A DNA stretch of 64,000 bases from Octopus bimaculoides (GCF_001194135.2 NC_068996.1:53251297-53315296), one strand, 5' to 3'; positions 50,258-63,787 are shown, numbered from the stretch's first letter. Numbers and translations are program-made. The notes: a model not told the origin generated them from the sequence alone.

Positions 50258-52449
50258 CTTGCTCTTTTGTTCTTCTGCATCCCACCATTTTTCAAAGGAT
50301 TTGAAAGCAGAATTTTCAACCATTTTTTTGCAAAGATCTTTCTGCATAACTTCTTTTAGCTGTCGTACGAAACTGTCCAAGACAAAAAGGAAAGTTTTAT
50401 CATTAGGATCTTTTTCTTCGTCTGATTGTGTTTCTTCATTGGTAGTTCCATTTCCTTTGTTGCTTGTACCATTCTGTAATGTTGTAGAATCACAAAGACT
50501 CTGGTTTAGGAAGTTTACAGGCACAACACTATTTTGGATGTGGGCAGTATAGCTTTGATTGTAATTACTGCCAGTGGATTCAGAGCGGCTTGGAGTATTT
50601 AGGTAATTACCAAATGAATAAGAATTAGCAAAACTCCATGGTGCTATACTTGGAGGTGGACGTGAAAAATCAGTTATGAGTGGAACAGGTGGAGCGGCAC
50701 CTGATGTCTGTGTGCTTGGTATTGATTGAAAGTTGTTGGCAGTAAATTTACCATCGTTATTTGGTATTTGAACATTTACTTCTAATTTTTCATCTCCACT
50801 ACTAATTGATGATAAACTCATGCGATCATCATCATCATCATTCTCATCCCCTTCGTCATCCTCTTCTTCCACCTCTTCTTTTTCTTCTTTTGCATTATTA
50901 TTTTCAATGTCCATATGTGTGTCTTCAATATTACTTTTAACATTTGGAACACAGCTGTCTTCAACCAAAACTTTCGTATGAAAGGGTGATTCAGCACTAG
51001 AAAATGTTTTTGATTGGTTAATATTACTAAAATCAGTTGACACAGCAATTTCAGGTTCAAATAACTTATCCCCAACTTCGGATTTATATCGCGCTGTGAC
51101 GTTATTTGAAGGAATATTACAAGAACTAGTACTGTCTGCAGGGGCCACTTTATCAATTTTTTGTTGTTCATAATTAGTCAAAGACAAAGAGGTAAAGCAA
51201 TTATTTTTAGTTTCAAATCGTTTGTTCTTGTTAGACATCTCTTTAGAGAATTCAGTCCATTCAGATGTATCAGTTTTGGAAGTTACAGAATGCTTGCTCT
51301 CCTCTTCAGATGGTAATTTAGGAACTTGTTTTGTATGGCTGTTGTTATTTACAGTATTATTACGTGAGGGGACAGAATGTTGCGGATTAGAAGAGTATCG
51401 TGAATCAATACTTGGGGGTGTACTTGCTTCATCTCTTGATAGTGGTGTAGATGGAGGACTGGAATGGTCTTTAGATCGACTTGAATCTGTTGGGCTGCCT
51501 AAACCCCCAAGTCCGAAGATACTTAGTAAACGTGAATCTAAACTTTGATTACGTGGTTCCTCAGCTTCTGGTGTTTTTGGACGATTCCGATGGTCTTTCT
51601 CTCGTTGCTTTTCTCGAACGTCTCTGTTTGAATCTGTCCAATCTTTAACACTTTCGCGCTCAGACTCCCAGCGTTGTTGCGAGAAAGATGATGTTAACTT
51701 GTCTTTATACTCGTCTTTTCTCTCTGTATATGAATGAGATCGTGAGGAACTTTCTGTTTGTGATTGTGTTACTTCGGTTGACAAACAAGGATGCCCACTT
51801 TCATAATGTGTCTGTTGTGGCTGTGGTGGTTGTGGTGGTTGTGGTGGCTGTGGTGGCTGCGGTGGCTGCGGTGGCTGTGGTGGTTGCTGTTGCTGCTGCT
51901 GCTGCTGCTGCTGCTGACAATAGGGTGAAATTACTTGTCGATTTGAATTGGGTTGTGTAAATTGTGTTGCACTGTATTGATATGGTTGTGCATGCTGCGA
52001 TACATTGTAATGAATGTCCAGTCCACGGTTAGATTGGACATGTGACGTTGAATACTGGCTGTAATTTGAATAGCTGCTGGATGTAAAGCTAACCTCAGAA
52101 TGATCTGAGAAGCTGAGTTCAGATTGTGGAACAGACCGCTGAAGACTGCTATAATCACTGTCTGTGAAAGAGCCAGTTTCAATAGATTTAGAGGACACAT
52201 GATGACTAGAAGTGCTACCAAAATCAAACTCCAAATCACCTGGGTCATATGCTTCCATCCCATAGTCACTATATTTGGATTTGCTCAGTGTGAAGTTGCG
52301 ACAAGTGCTAGATCGATTACTTGAAGTTGTAGCAGCTGCATATAAACGGCTGTGTGATCGTGGATCTACTCTTTCTGAAGGTTGTGGACGTCTTGTACTT
52401 TTGGGTTTGTCAGCAAGTATTTCCTCAATAATGCGATTTCTTTCTTTGC
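50258..52449 (-). CDS. SETD1: SETD1 large exon: Ser-rich and Q/P-rich disordered region, SLDSR motif, acidic tract, KDLCKKMVENSAFKSFEKWW helix
   Basis: 2192 nt within ORF 50174-52465, phase 1/0, acceptor ttttag|GC, donor AAG|gtatgt. SLDSR and KKMVE..AF..F..WW are conserved SETD1 motifs. Confidence 0.95.
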
Positions 52450-52887
52450 CTAAAAAATCAAACAAATTAAATTGATAGCTTTATCATATTAAAATTATAA
52501 GATATTCAAGAGAAACATTCAACAAAATTTTCACTTCCATTAAAAAAAAATGTAAAAATAGTTCTGAATTTTACATTTTTTGCAAATTCCTATAATATTT
52601 ATTAAACCATTGTAGTCATTATCTAGTCATTACATGAAAATTAAAATCTGTAATAATTCTGTAAAAAACCATGACATCATAATTTCGTAATCTACAGGAA
52701 GTAACAAATGAAGAAATTAACGTACAGAAGCAGTGTTTTGTTTTAAATAAAAACAAAATTACAAATATAGGGGAATTTTTCATTTTTTTTTTTTCATTTT
52801 ATCTAGTTTCAGCTCATGAGCTGTGGCCATGCTGGGGCACCGCCATTTAGTTACAAATTTGAAAAGTATTCTCTGCTTTCTTCTTAA

Positions 52888-53096
52888 CCCTTTAACATTT
52901 AAACTGGTGAAAATATTCTCCCTTCTTTATGTCTCAACTGCCAGATCTGGCCTTTCACACCTACCCTACAATGTCATTCTAAAAATAAACAGTCACATCA
53001 TTGAAACCTTAATGCTACAAGATAGTACACGGTTAATTCAAAACAATTTGAATAAGCAAGCATTACATTTGACAGCGTAGTCTGAATATTAAAGGG
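52888..53096. mobile_element. piggyBac-type MITE, second family (related fragments near 4230-4530, 36075-36290, 45505-45640, 58555-58670)
   Basis: TTAA|CCCTTTAACATT ... AATATTAAAGGG|TAAA. Confidence 0.65.
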
Positions 53097-53685
53097 TAAA
53101 ATTTGGTATAAGCTAAGAACTTTATGAACTGATCTACAAACAAACCAATGACATCCAACCACCACTGGATATATCACAACCAATATCCTGCATCACACAA
53201 GTCCATGAAACTTTAGATTTTCTCTCTCTCCTATTATCAGTTGATAGATTTGCAATACAGCAGTAAATGTTGCAACCTCTAAAGGTCACAGCATCAGCAA
53301 ATCATATTCTGAATGTGAACATAGTTGACAGAAAAATTCTTATTTCAGGTTTGGGCTGGAATTTTACGATTGGACAGCATTCTTGTTGGCAGCTCCCATG
53401 TAATACAGCTTGGTTGTGTATTATATGACAATTGTATAAGTGCTCTTTTGTACATTTATCAATTTGGCATTAGGAAGGGCAACCAGCCATAGAACCCATG
53501 CCAAAACAAATAGAAAAAGGACAGCTCTCCAGCTCAAATTGTCCAACCTACAACAGCATGAGAATATGTATAGATCTGCGCAAACTTGTGAACTGAACCT
53601 CTTTTTATTCTTATAGGCACATACAAAACAGAAGCTATGTAAACTAATAAATCATTGGTTTGGAGATTACAAATTTTTGTCTTAC

Positions 53686-53785
53686 CCATTATATCTATAA
53701 TCACAGTTATTATGTTGCCCATCTTCGATGTTTGATTTAGTTTATCAACACAGGCTTTAGCACACTTGGAAGATGAAAAAAGTAC
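53686..53785 (-). CDS. SETD1: SETD1 exon, RRM second half (VLFSSSKCAKACVDKLNQTSKMGNIITVIIDIM)
   Basis: 100 nt, phase 0/1, ttttag|GTA and G|gtaag. Matches the VLF...MGNII pattern of SETD1. Confidence 0.93.
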
Positions 53786-54109
53786 CTAAAATACAAAATA
53801 ACAATCACATCAATATTTTAAAATAAAATATGTCAAAATTTATATCATTCTTAAACGTATACACTGTTAGAAAATTTTGTGTGAAGGAATATTTGTGTAT
53901 TTATAGAAAACATTCAAAAACAACATGAATATTTTAAGACTGTATGCAGATAATGATACCCACCAGACTTGCTGTTTATACATTTTTATATGTTCACTAT
54001 AAAAAATTTTTTTAAATATGGAGAGAGAGAGAGGGGGGGGTGTTTTCCTAAAATGTTCTAAGTAAATAAAATCATTTGGGCACTACTGTCAATGTCAAAT
54101 AATAGAAAA

Positions 54110-54720
54110 ATGCTATGAGAAATGACAGTGAATACAAGACTTAAGAATCAGCATAAGAAGATGGCAAAACATGGATTTTACCACTTGTGACAGTCATTTG
54201 TTATCTCTCTTGTGAGGCCCAACCTCACCACACTCCATGACTTCTTTTGGTTCCTCACTCCACAGATACCATTTATCCAAAATACCTTGTACATCTTCAG
54301 AAAGCTGACATCTTCCATATGCATTACCTGTAATACTAATGCAGCCTTCTCTCTCATAAATTTCCAAAGTCTTCTTATAGCCCGTTTCACTCTCATCTCA
54401 TTTGTGCCCCGCCATTCACGCACACATTACAATTCCACCGTAGCAAGCTTGATCCATTGTTCTTTCCTGACCTCTCAATTCTTCTGTATGCAAAGCTCCA
54501 CAACTAACAGTCAAGCAGCATTGCACTTCATAAACAATTATCATAAAATCTTCCCTTCATTTTTAGAGAGAAACACTTTGTTGTTAACAGAGGTAAAAGC
54601 TATCTGAACTTTTCCAACAGTATTTTTAGTTTGGCAACTGTGCCTCTGGAGCACCCACTTCCAATGTTAATTAGGTTACCTAGGTAACAAAAGTCACCAA
54701 CTCCATCATCAAGGAAGTTT
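54110..54720 (-). mobile_element. Degenerate RTE-clade LINE 3' fragment
   Basis: LLPLLTTKCFSLKMKG-like motif on the minus strand. Confidence 0.55.
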
Positions 54721-56060
54721 TCTGTCTATTTTCTGAGTACTCTATCTACTCCTGTATGCTAGCCACACACAAAGTCTGCCAGTGATCTCATTACATCTTT
54801 TGTACAACCATAATTTACATTGGATACACCATATGGAATTCTTACCTACACATTTGCAACTTATTCGGAATGGCTATTTCACTATTGGTAGTCTTCTTCC
54901 CTGTTAATTGAAATTTTAGATTTCGTAAGATTACCTTTGAGGTGTCTTGATTCCAGGTTTTACTTCTGATGTATACTGGCACTCCATCAGTTACAATGAT
55001 GAGTGTTTCAGTTGATCCAATCAATGGAACAGCTTGCTTGTGAAATTAATGTGCAAGTGACTGAGCACTCCACAGACACATATATCCTGTGATTATACAA
55101 TGTTTATGCACAAAGTGCAATGTTGCATGACTTTAAAGTAGATTTGTGAAGATAAGACAGAAATGAAGCGAATATACATCACTAGATTAACAAAAATAGT
55201 ATGTATAAACATATTGAGCTGAGAGAAAAATTTGGAGATAAGATGACTCAGATGTAACATGCAACAAAAGAAATTAAGCTTGTATGGGTATGAGATGCCA
55301 TGTATAAAGCACCTGCACTGGTGCCACATAGAAAGTATGTGCTGGTACCATAAAAAAGCATCTGTGTTGGTGGCACATAAAAAGCACCCAGTTACACTCT
55401 GTAAAGTGGTTGATATTGGGAAGGGCATCTAGCCATAGAAATCATGCCAAAACAGATAAATGGAGCAACCCTTCAGCTTGCCAACTCCTTGTCAAACCAT
55501 CCAACCCATGCCAGTATGGAAAACAGATATCTGATGATGATGATGATACACACAATTTAAAACAAGATACTGACTTCTCTGAGACATGAGGCATGCCTCT
55601 TATTTCTTTATTGCCCACAAGGGGCTAAACATAGAGGGGACAAACAAGGACAGACAAGGGGATTAAGTCAATTACATCAACCTCACTATGCAACTGGTAC
55701 TTAATTTATTGAACCCAAAAGGATGAAAGGCAAAGTCAACCTCGGCGAAATTTGAACTCAGAATGTAGCGGCAGACGAAATACTGCTAAGCATTTTGCCC
55801 GGCCCCCTAACGATTCGGCCAGCTGGCCGCCTTTTTTGAGGCATGCCTCTGGAAACCACCCAACTTCACACAGCATTAACTGGAACTTGTCAGTTGCCAC
55901 AAACAATAGGACTGACCCTACCCCACCCAATGTACACACACACACACACACACACACACAAAGAGAACTTTTAGAAAACCAAACAAGCAGGTGTGAAGCA
56001 ACAACCAATTTTTAAATCAACATCATCATCATCATCATTATTATTATCTAAAATTCATAC

Positions 56061-56231
56061 TTTTCCAATTCCCATGTGTTTTTTGGTCTTTGGATGGTGA
56101 TATATCTTAATTTCTTCTATACTTCCAAAATGCTGACACATGTTTTCTAGAAATTTAAAATCGATGTTGTCATTCAGATTTGTAAATGTCACTTCATTAG
56201 GAGGTGGTATTCCAATATAGTGCTGATCATA
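56061..56231 (-). CDS. SETD1: SETD1 exon, RRM first half (YDQHYIGIPPPNEVTFTNLNDN...KHMGIGK)
   Basis: 171 nt, phase 0/0, AG/GT boundaries. EVTF..LNDN...HP.T.KH.G is the SETD1 RRM signature. Confidence 0.95.
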
Positions 56232-56529
56232 CTGCAAATAAAAAATATTAAACAAATACAGTTACTATATTGTGAATCACAGACAGCTGTTTCATAAAAT
56301 TGTTTCCGCAAAGTTACTTCTATATTGTATTATTAACAACAAAGTAAATTAATCCAAAGAGTAATCATACATAGAGAAGGACATGAGGATTAGATTGGTC
56401 TATCAAAGAAATGAAAATGACGTTGGAGACATACAAAAGCATCTCAGGTATAAAAAAAAAGAAAAAGTGTTCCAGCATCCGCAGAATGTGACAAGTATCA
56501 AATGTGAAGCTTGCAGTTCAAGAATGGTT

Positions 56530-57000
56530 TTTGACATAAGAAAAGGATGCATCAGTGATAGGCCAGTTCCAGCTTATATCTCCATTTAATGTAGACAAAT
56601 ATAAGATTTTTAGCTCAGAAAAGACTGATTGCTACAGAAATCCATACAGAAAGCAAGTGTCTAAGGTTTTTGAAGCTGCTTTCAGAAGACAATTGGTTTT
56701 GGAAATTTGTTGATCATATCAAAACCAAGGAAAAGGACTTCCATTTTGTATGAATTGACTTGGAATAAAATGCATGGATCCATTTTGCTCGTACTTTTAC
56801 CATCAGGAAATGGGTTTCATCCTATCACAAACTATGTGCAAAGACTTCTAATGAAATTACTCAATTTTGTATTTGTTTCATCAGTAGAAAGTTCATATTG
56901 ACAGCTGTTAACTCTGGTATCAACATTTATTTTGAATACTTAACACATTCATCTCAATCTAGATCGTCTCTGTTGTCCATTATCAGTAGCCCTATAAAAC
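56530..57000 (+). mobile_element. Very old CR1/L2-like RT remnant
   Basis: KG...SDRPV..ISI, VSKVFE and LLMKL fragments in shifting frames resemble the NYRPISL..VSKVFE..LL.KL RT motifs. Confidence 0.3.
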
Positions 57001-58087
57001 CCAATTTGAGGGCCATCCACATTCCATCTCTCAGGAGACAACATATATCCCAGTCAGAGATTCGTGTAAGGTCTGTCGCAATGAGTTGCAACCATATCTT
57101 CAGTTGCCCACCAAAGTAAGTCAAGTATGAAATCAGTTGTCACTGTGAATAATATGAAAGGCCAAATGAAATAAACCAGTTCCTATAAGCATTTGTCCAA
57201 AATGGATTTTCAACCTGGCAGTAGATGAGAAAACCATTAAACGTAAAAGACAGCAGCGGTTGGGCAGGATTGATAGAACTATATGCATGTAAACATTTTG
57301 TGTTGGCCCTTTGACAGGTAACCTTTCACAGACAATGGAACTAGCTTTTGAAAGTGTAATGACTACAGAATATGCAAATGGGATCCCACTGGAGCCTTGG
57401 CCACATGGAATACCCTGCAGCTTTTAAGCATTACATTTTACTACCTGATGGACAATTTTATTTTTCTGACACCACAAGCTATATTTCCTGACCATCAATG
57501 ACATATATTCAGTACATGTACCCAATTTACATTGCTAAATCAAGAAGTTAATGTACATTGTAGGGGTACCATAAAATCTCTTTTTTTGTTTTGTGCTGAC
57601 GATGCTCACCAAGAACTAAATCATAAAATAATTCCTTGAGATCATCAAGATGGATGATACATCACTTACGATGGTGATACCTCAAAAGTGAGCTTCCATA
57701 CTGAGACAGCCAACCCTTTCCAGCCGTACTGTATCACACATAAAAGATGTCCAACTGATGTTTAGTGTATTGCTTAGACATTTCCATTGAAATTTTGTAA
57801 GAATTTTGACACTTCATTGATTGCTGATAAAACATACATTCTCAGACAAATATTGCGATGTAAGCCTTAGAATTGCAAAGCTTGACAGAAAATTGAAGTC
57901 CCTGTCTGCCTAAATTATTACTCATGATTCCCAATACAAGTGACACCTTATCAATACTCAAAATGATCTCAGAATTCAAGGAACCATGCATTGCTTTTGG
58001 TTATGATCAACAAAACATGAACAAAATAAGAAACTCAAACTTATGCAATGTGTGCAAACTGAGATGAAAGAATATAAATCTAAAAAC

Positions 58088-58201
58088 CTTAAATTTTGGA
58101 ACTTCCAAATCCATAGTTTGGCGACTGGTCCATAGCATGTAGCGAGGATTTGACCTTGAATTTGAACGCCGTCGAGGATCTTTCACATCAATTGTCTGTT
58201 C
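58088..58201 (-). CDS. SETD1: SETD1 coding exon, first in window (EQTIDVKDPRRR...LEVPKFK)
   Basis: 114 nt open frame between an AG acceptor (58202-58203) and a GT donor (58086-58087). DPR...VPKFK matches the Set1-family N-terminus before the RRM. Not in the ORF track; translated by hand. Confidence 0.9.
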
Positions 58202-60604
58202 CTATGTAAAATAATGTGGATATTAATTAAAACATGAAATGTTAGAATTTAAAAAAAGAAAGAAAAAACCTTACACATATTCTCTGTGAAATAAAACAAG
58301 AAAAAAATAAAATAAAATGAAAATTTACATTATTCTTTTAATAACATGGTTGAAATATTTCTTGCAAGTTAACAAGTTTTGCAATAATACAATCTAGCAA
58401 ATATTCAATTGAAAGAGGATGCAACAGACATTTGTTGCAGAACACATCTTGAAGAATTCCCCCCCACCACCTCCAGATATTAAGGAAATGAGGGAATTTT
58501 GGTTACTTAATTTGCTTAAATTGCTACCAAATCTCTTCATATCATATTCTACTGTCTTAACTCTATAGCATTAAAATGGCCACATCCAGCTCAAGCATTC
58601 TACCTGCTTTTATGTTCGAATTGGCCAGATCTGACCTATTACACCTACCCTGTATTGTCATTCTAAAGCTAAAAAAAAAAAAAAAAAANNNNNNNNNNTT
58701 CATAGTCACTGGTGCAAATTTTGCAGAAATTCTGATCGAAATTGAAGTTTCCAGAAGCTTAATTTAAGGTTTTTGAAAGCTGTTTATTTGCAAATGTTTT
58801 GAAAAACCCATTTCACTCAAAATAGTTACGTACACAATTTCTGCTATTTGAACTGTGGAGTTTCAAGGGGAAATAAATCACAAGGCTTAAAGTGTTAGCT
58901 GTTTAAAGTCCATAGATTCAAGTTGCATGCTGGTTGTTCAATATATTTCAGATTTAGTTCTACAGGTATCTACTATGATGTCTATAGTTGTAAGCCTCAT
59001 TTCCCAGAAATCTTTTCCTTCTAATCCAATTATAATAAAATAATAATGAAATTATTATTATTATTATGCGTCTTTGTTCATGTCACACAAGCCCTGGAGA
59101 GGATATCTCTGTAGCTGGATAAAAGAGACTCCACTGTTCTGTATCAGTTCCTATTTGGAATTAGTGGCCTCCCATCGAACAGCTTGTGTGCAGCAGCACA
59201 TCTCTACTCACCCTGTTTTTGGCATGCTTACTACACATGGGTGTACTTCATATCAACAATTTCTCCAAGACATGGACAGGGTGCGTTTCATCAGACCATT
59301 AGCACTAAAAACATTAAAGATACTGTCTACAAAAATAAAATGTCCATTCTATGCAGAATCTGAGTTTTATCAGAAGGCACCATTGTTAGGGAGTAAGTGG
59401 CAAAATGGACATAAAATTGTCAGTGATAAACTAAATGCAATTTTCCATGGCATTAGGGAGACATAAGGATCATGTTGATGTCTGAAGCAATAGACTACTG
59501 CTGGTTAGGTGCATATTGTCAGATTAGAAGTAAAGGGTGGGATGGGAATGACATTATGAGAGAGAGAGAGAGAGACAGTGAAAGAGGGAGACAGACAGGC
59601 AGAGATAGAGTAAAAAATTGAAAAATAGATACAAACAAAAGTAAATTAAATAGAAATATTAATTAGATCTTGGGTACATCCATCAATGGCATATTTAACT
59701 TAGAATATGATTTCAAGTATAGTCACTAACAATTTATATCATAAAAACTATTCCATAAAATTTACAGACAACATGATGATGAGGATGAGTGAACTGCATC
59801 AACTGGGCCACCATAGTTAAGTTACTTTGTAGATATATAAACACATATTCGCTTACTTGCCAAGTGGTAGAGAGAAGAAATTATAGCATCAGCTTATAAA
59901 AAAGCATGAGACAAATGTAAGTGACAGAGGTTGCCATCAGTAGAACGAGAATGTGTACAGGGGGAAAGTGGAAGTGAAAGGGGTGTTTGGTGGATGATAC
60001 TGAGAATTAGAGCAGCTAAGTGATTAGTACCATAGTAAGAAGAGTGATAGAGGGGTGGCTGTCAGGAAGATGATTTGTGAGAAAGACACGCATTAGGAAT
60101 AGATTGGGTGCAGGAGTATAGACATAATTATATGATTTTAAGGCTTCGTTTGTGCCAAGATGGATGGGTCCCAGAGTACAACAAATTGCCAGTCATCCTG
60201 GTCCTTCGTTAACTCTTCCTTGAGACTCAACATCTCAAGGTCACCCCACATTTTACTGGCTCCACCTCTTATACATATTTCATCCACATTTAGCTATCGG
60301 CACTTCTTTATGCAGCTGCCTCCATCCATAATACATTACACGACCATACTAGTGCAGTCTTCCCTCTTGCACACTAAATCCAATGCCTCTTACGCCTAAC
60401 CTTTTCTTTCAACACATTTGCACTCTGTTGCACATGCACACTGATGTTGCACATTCAACAGAGTATGTTAGCTTAATTTCTTTCCAGCTTTTGCATGTCC
60501 ACTGCATTCACAGCCCAATTTCATTACTATGTAGCACTGCTGTTCATGCACAAACATCATACAGTCTGTTTTTCACTCAAGAGAGAGGCCTTTTGTGGTC
60601 ATGA

Positions 60605-61480
60605 TAACGCACCCTTTGCACAATGACACTTTGCAAAAGGCACACATAAAAGAGGTTTCAACTTGATGCTCTTCTGCAGTTTTTCTTTTTTTACAATGAA
60701 TACAATCTATACACTCATCCCCTATCAATTCTTTAAAAGTAACAGCTTGTTGGGTGTACTGATCTATTATTTCTGCAACAGTTTCAAAAAGAGTATGTGG
60801 TAAAAGCCAAAACAGATAATCTAAAGATAGAATTTTATAGAGGCAGACTGTGTTGTGGATCAATATTTTCAATGAAATCAGGAATATTAACTGGTGGTGT
60901 ATTGTTTAGCCATGTCATCATAATGTTTTAAATGGCCGATCTCTCAAAGTGGGTAGAACACATGGAAGAAGAAGACCCAGGAAGATGTGAGGCAAAGTAC
61001 AGAAGGATGATCTCTGGATGCTGAACATTTGAAGGGGACTGGCCTGCAAGAGTTATGTGCCAGTGCCACGTAAAAAGCACTCACACAGTGCCACATTAAA
61101 AGCAGCCAATATCTACATGCTGTAAAGTGGTTGGCATTAAGAAGGGCATCCAGTCATAGAAACCAAGCCACATCAGACTGGGACTTGGTGGGGCTCTCCA
61201 GCTGGCCAGCCCTACTCAAACTGTCCAACCCATGCCAGCATGGAAAACGGACGTTAAAAGATAATTATGATGATGGCACCTTCAGCATCTTCATCACTAT
61301 CAAAATATTCTTCCTTGTTGGACAAAAAATAGAGAAATATCTATATCAGATTCATCCAAAGACAAATCACTTGTTTTCTTTTTCTTCTACATTTGTAAGT
61401 CTTCAAGTGAATGCTTTGAAATCAGATTCACTGTTTGTTGACGCCTACTGGTAAATACTTAGAAGCAATCGTTTGGCACA
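60605..61480 (-). mobile_element. Internally deleted piggyBac transposase relic, interrupted by an RTE 3' fragment
   Basis: Acidic N-terminus (about 61275-61480). PPVNIPDFIE..P, then LDYLF....LFE......Y.QQ.VT..EL.G, joined in frame to the C-terminal C..C...T...C..C.V.LC..C domain. Confidence 0.6.
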
Positions 61481-61579
61481 TTTTCATTCAATTACCATTC
61501 TTCACATCATAATAATCTGCACTTCAAATGTTAAAATTTAAAAAATACATGTACAAAACTTTGTGGTAATTATATTTCA

Positions 61580-61885
61580 AGCACCAACCGACTGTGACCA
61601 ATGCCAGTACCCCATGACTGGCTCCTGTGCCAGTGACATGTAAAAAGCACGAACCAAATGTGATTGTTGCCAGGCCTGCCTTACTGGCTCCTGAGCCGGT
61701 GGTACGTAAAAAGCACCCACTACACTCTCAGAGTGGTTGGCGTTAGGAAGGGCATCCAGCTGTAGAAACACTGCCAAACCAGATTGGAGCCTGGTGTAGC
61801 CGCTGGCTCTCCACACCTCAGTCAAACTGTCCAACCCATGCCAGCATGGAAAATGGACGTTAATCGATGATGAAGATGATGATTT
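61580..61885 (+). mobile_element. Recurrent RTE-associated 3'-end repeat with (GAT)n tail, about 15 copies in both orientations (e.g. 300-540, 6470-6910, 23700-23845, 25165-25560, 55300-55545)
   Basis: Shared core GTGGTTGGCGTTAGGAAGGGCATCCAGCTGTAGAAAC...CCAACCCATGCCAGCATGGAAA. It follows RTE coding remnants directly at 3240-3425. Confidence 0.75.
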
Positions 61886-63583
61886 AGGTGGAAACAGTTT
61901 TATCCTGCATTATCTTTGAGCAACATTTTGATGATGTTCTTTTATTCTTCTACTTGTTTCAGTCATTTGACTGCGGCCATGCTGGAGCACTGCCTTTAGT
62001 CGAACAAATCAACCGCAGGACTTATTCTTTGTAAGCCTAGTACTTATCCTATCAGTCTGTTTTGCTGAACCGCTAAGTTACAGGGATGTAAACACACCAA
62101 CATCGATTGTCAAGCGATGGTGGGAACAAACACAGACACACAAACATATACATATATACATGACAGGCCTCTTTCAGTTTCCGTCTACCAAATCCACTCA
62201 CAAGCTTTGGTTGGTCCAAAGCTATAAGAGAAGACACTTGCCCAAGGTGCCATGCAGTGGGACTGAACTCGGAACCATGTGGTAAGAAGCAAGTTTTTTT
62301 ACCATATAGAGACATCATAGGCTTCAGACCAGATACAGCCAATTTCTCATATTATTCCTGAGTTTGAGAAATTTGAAATTTTGAGCTGCAGAGAAGGCTT
62401 CTACATGGTTACTTGACTGGCTAGAAATAGAGGCCAAATAATCCTTAAAGCAAACGCTACTGTTTCAAAAAAGTATATATATTAGATAATGCAAAATGGG
62501 GTACACTATGTTTTAATATAAGACCAAGTTAGTCATGGTCGGTATATCTTTGATCAAGAACTGACTTGAAGGTAAATGTCTGACTTTAAACTTTGAAATC
62601 CAGGTAAAAAAGGATGTGATCCATTTATATATATATATATCTGTTTTTGGATCACAGTACCCTTTACTCTTTTACTTATTTCAGTCATTTGACTGTGGCC
62701 ATGCTGGAGCACCACCTTTAGTCAAGTAAATCGACCCCAGGACTTATTCTTTGTAAGCCTGGTACTTATTCTATTATCGGTCTCTTTTGCCGAACCACTA
62801 AGTTACAGGGACGTAAACACACCACCATCGGTTGTCAAGCGATGTTGGGGTGACAAACACAGACACACAAACATATACACACACACACACATATATCATA
62901 TATATATATATATATACACGACAGGCTTCTTTCAGTTTCCGTCTACCAAATCCACTCACACGGCTTTGGTCAGCCCGAGGCTATAGTAGAAGACACTTGC
63001 CCAAGGTGCTACACAGTGGGACTGAACCTGGAACCATGTGGTTCGTAAGCAAGCTACTTACCACACAGCCACTCCAACGAGAGAGATAAAAAATTAAAAA
63101 GATATCAGATGCAGTAAACTGCCAAAAACCACCTTATATGAGACAAAACTGTGTTCTGAAAACCTGATTAATTTTATATTTTTAGAACTTCTGATATTTT
63201 TCAATGCTGGCATGGGTTGGATGGATTAGTCTTAATACAGTATCTTAATACAGATTATTCTTAATACAGTGTGTTGTATTTGTATCTGTGTGGGTCAGCA
63301 TCCTGCAATCATCCTTCATCACATCTACCATCGTCTTTGGTTTTCCTTTCTGCAGTTTCTTACTTATATCATTTAGTAGTACGACTCTCTCCAGGCACAA
63401 CATCATTTAGCACAGTTTCATTCAATTATTATTCTTCATACATATTTCATCTCCATGACATAACAATCTAACTCTTGCAGGCTATAGTAAATATCTCAAT
63501 ATCTCATAGACATAAAAGGAATGCAGAGACAGATTATTTAATATATAAGCTACAGAGTTGTGATACAGCTGCTCACAACAGGT

Positions 63584-63787
63584 GGTTATTTGAAGAAAGG
63601 TTTCTATTGATAAATTTTCACAAGTATGCACTTAACAGAAATGAGATGATTAATTTTTAACAAAAAAAAACAGAAGAGGCAGTGAAGAAATACCACTGCC
63701 ACTAAATGGTAGAGTGATGCACCTCAGACTAGTGTCAAAACCACAACTGTTTTGAACTACAAGAAGCATATAGGCATGGTAGACTAA
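63584..63787 (+). mobile_element. piggyBac transposase catalytic-core remnant
   Basis: GYLKKG..IDKF/FTSM resembles the DNFFTS motif; VKTTTVLNYKKHIGMVD resembles KP..V.DYN..MGGVD. Confidence 0.45.

Noticed and set aside
59270-59300. Additional CTGATGA motifs as hammerheads (also near 49475)
   Set aside because: No stem II followed by GAAA and no complementary stem I.
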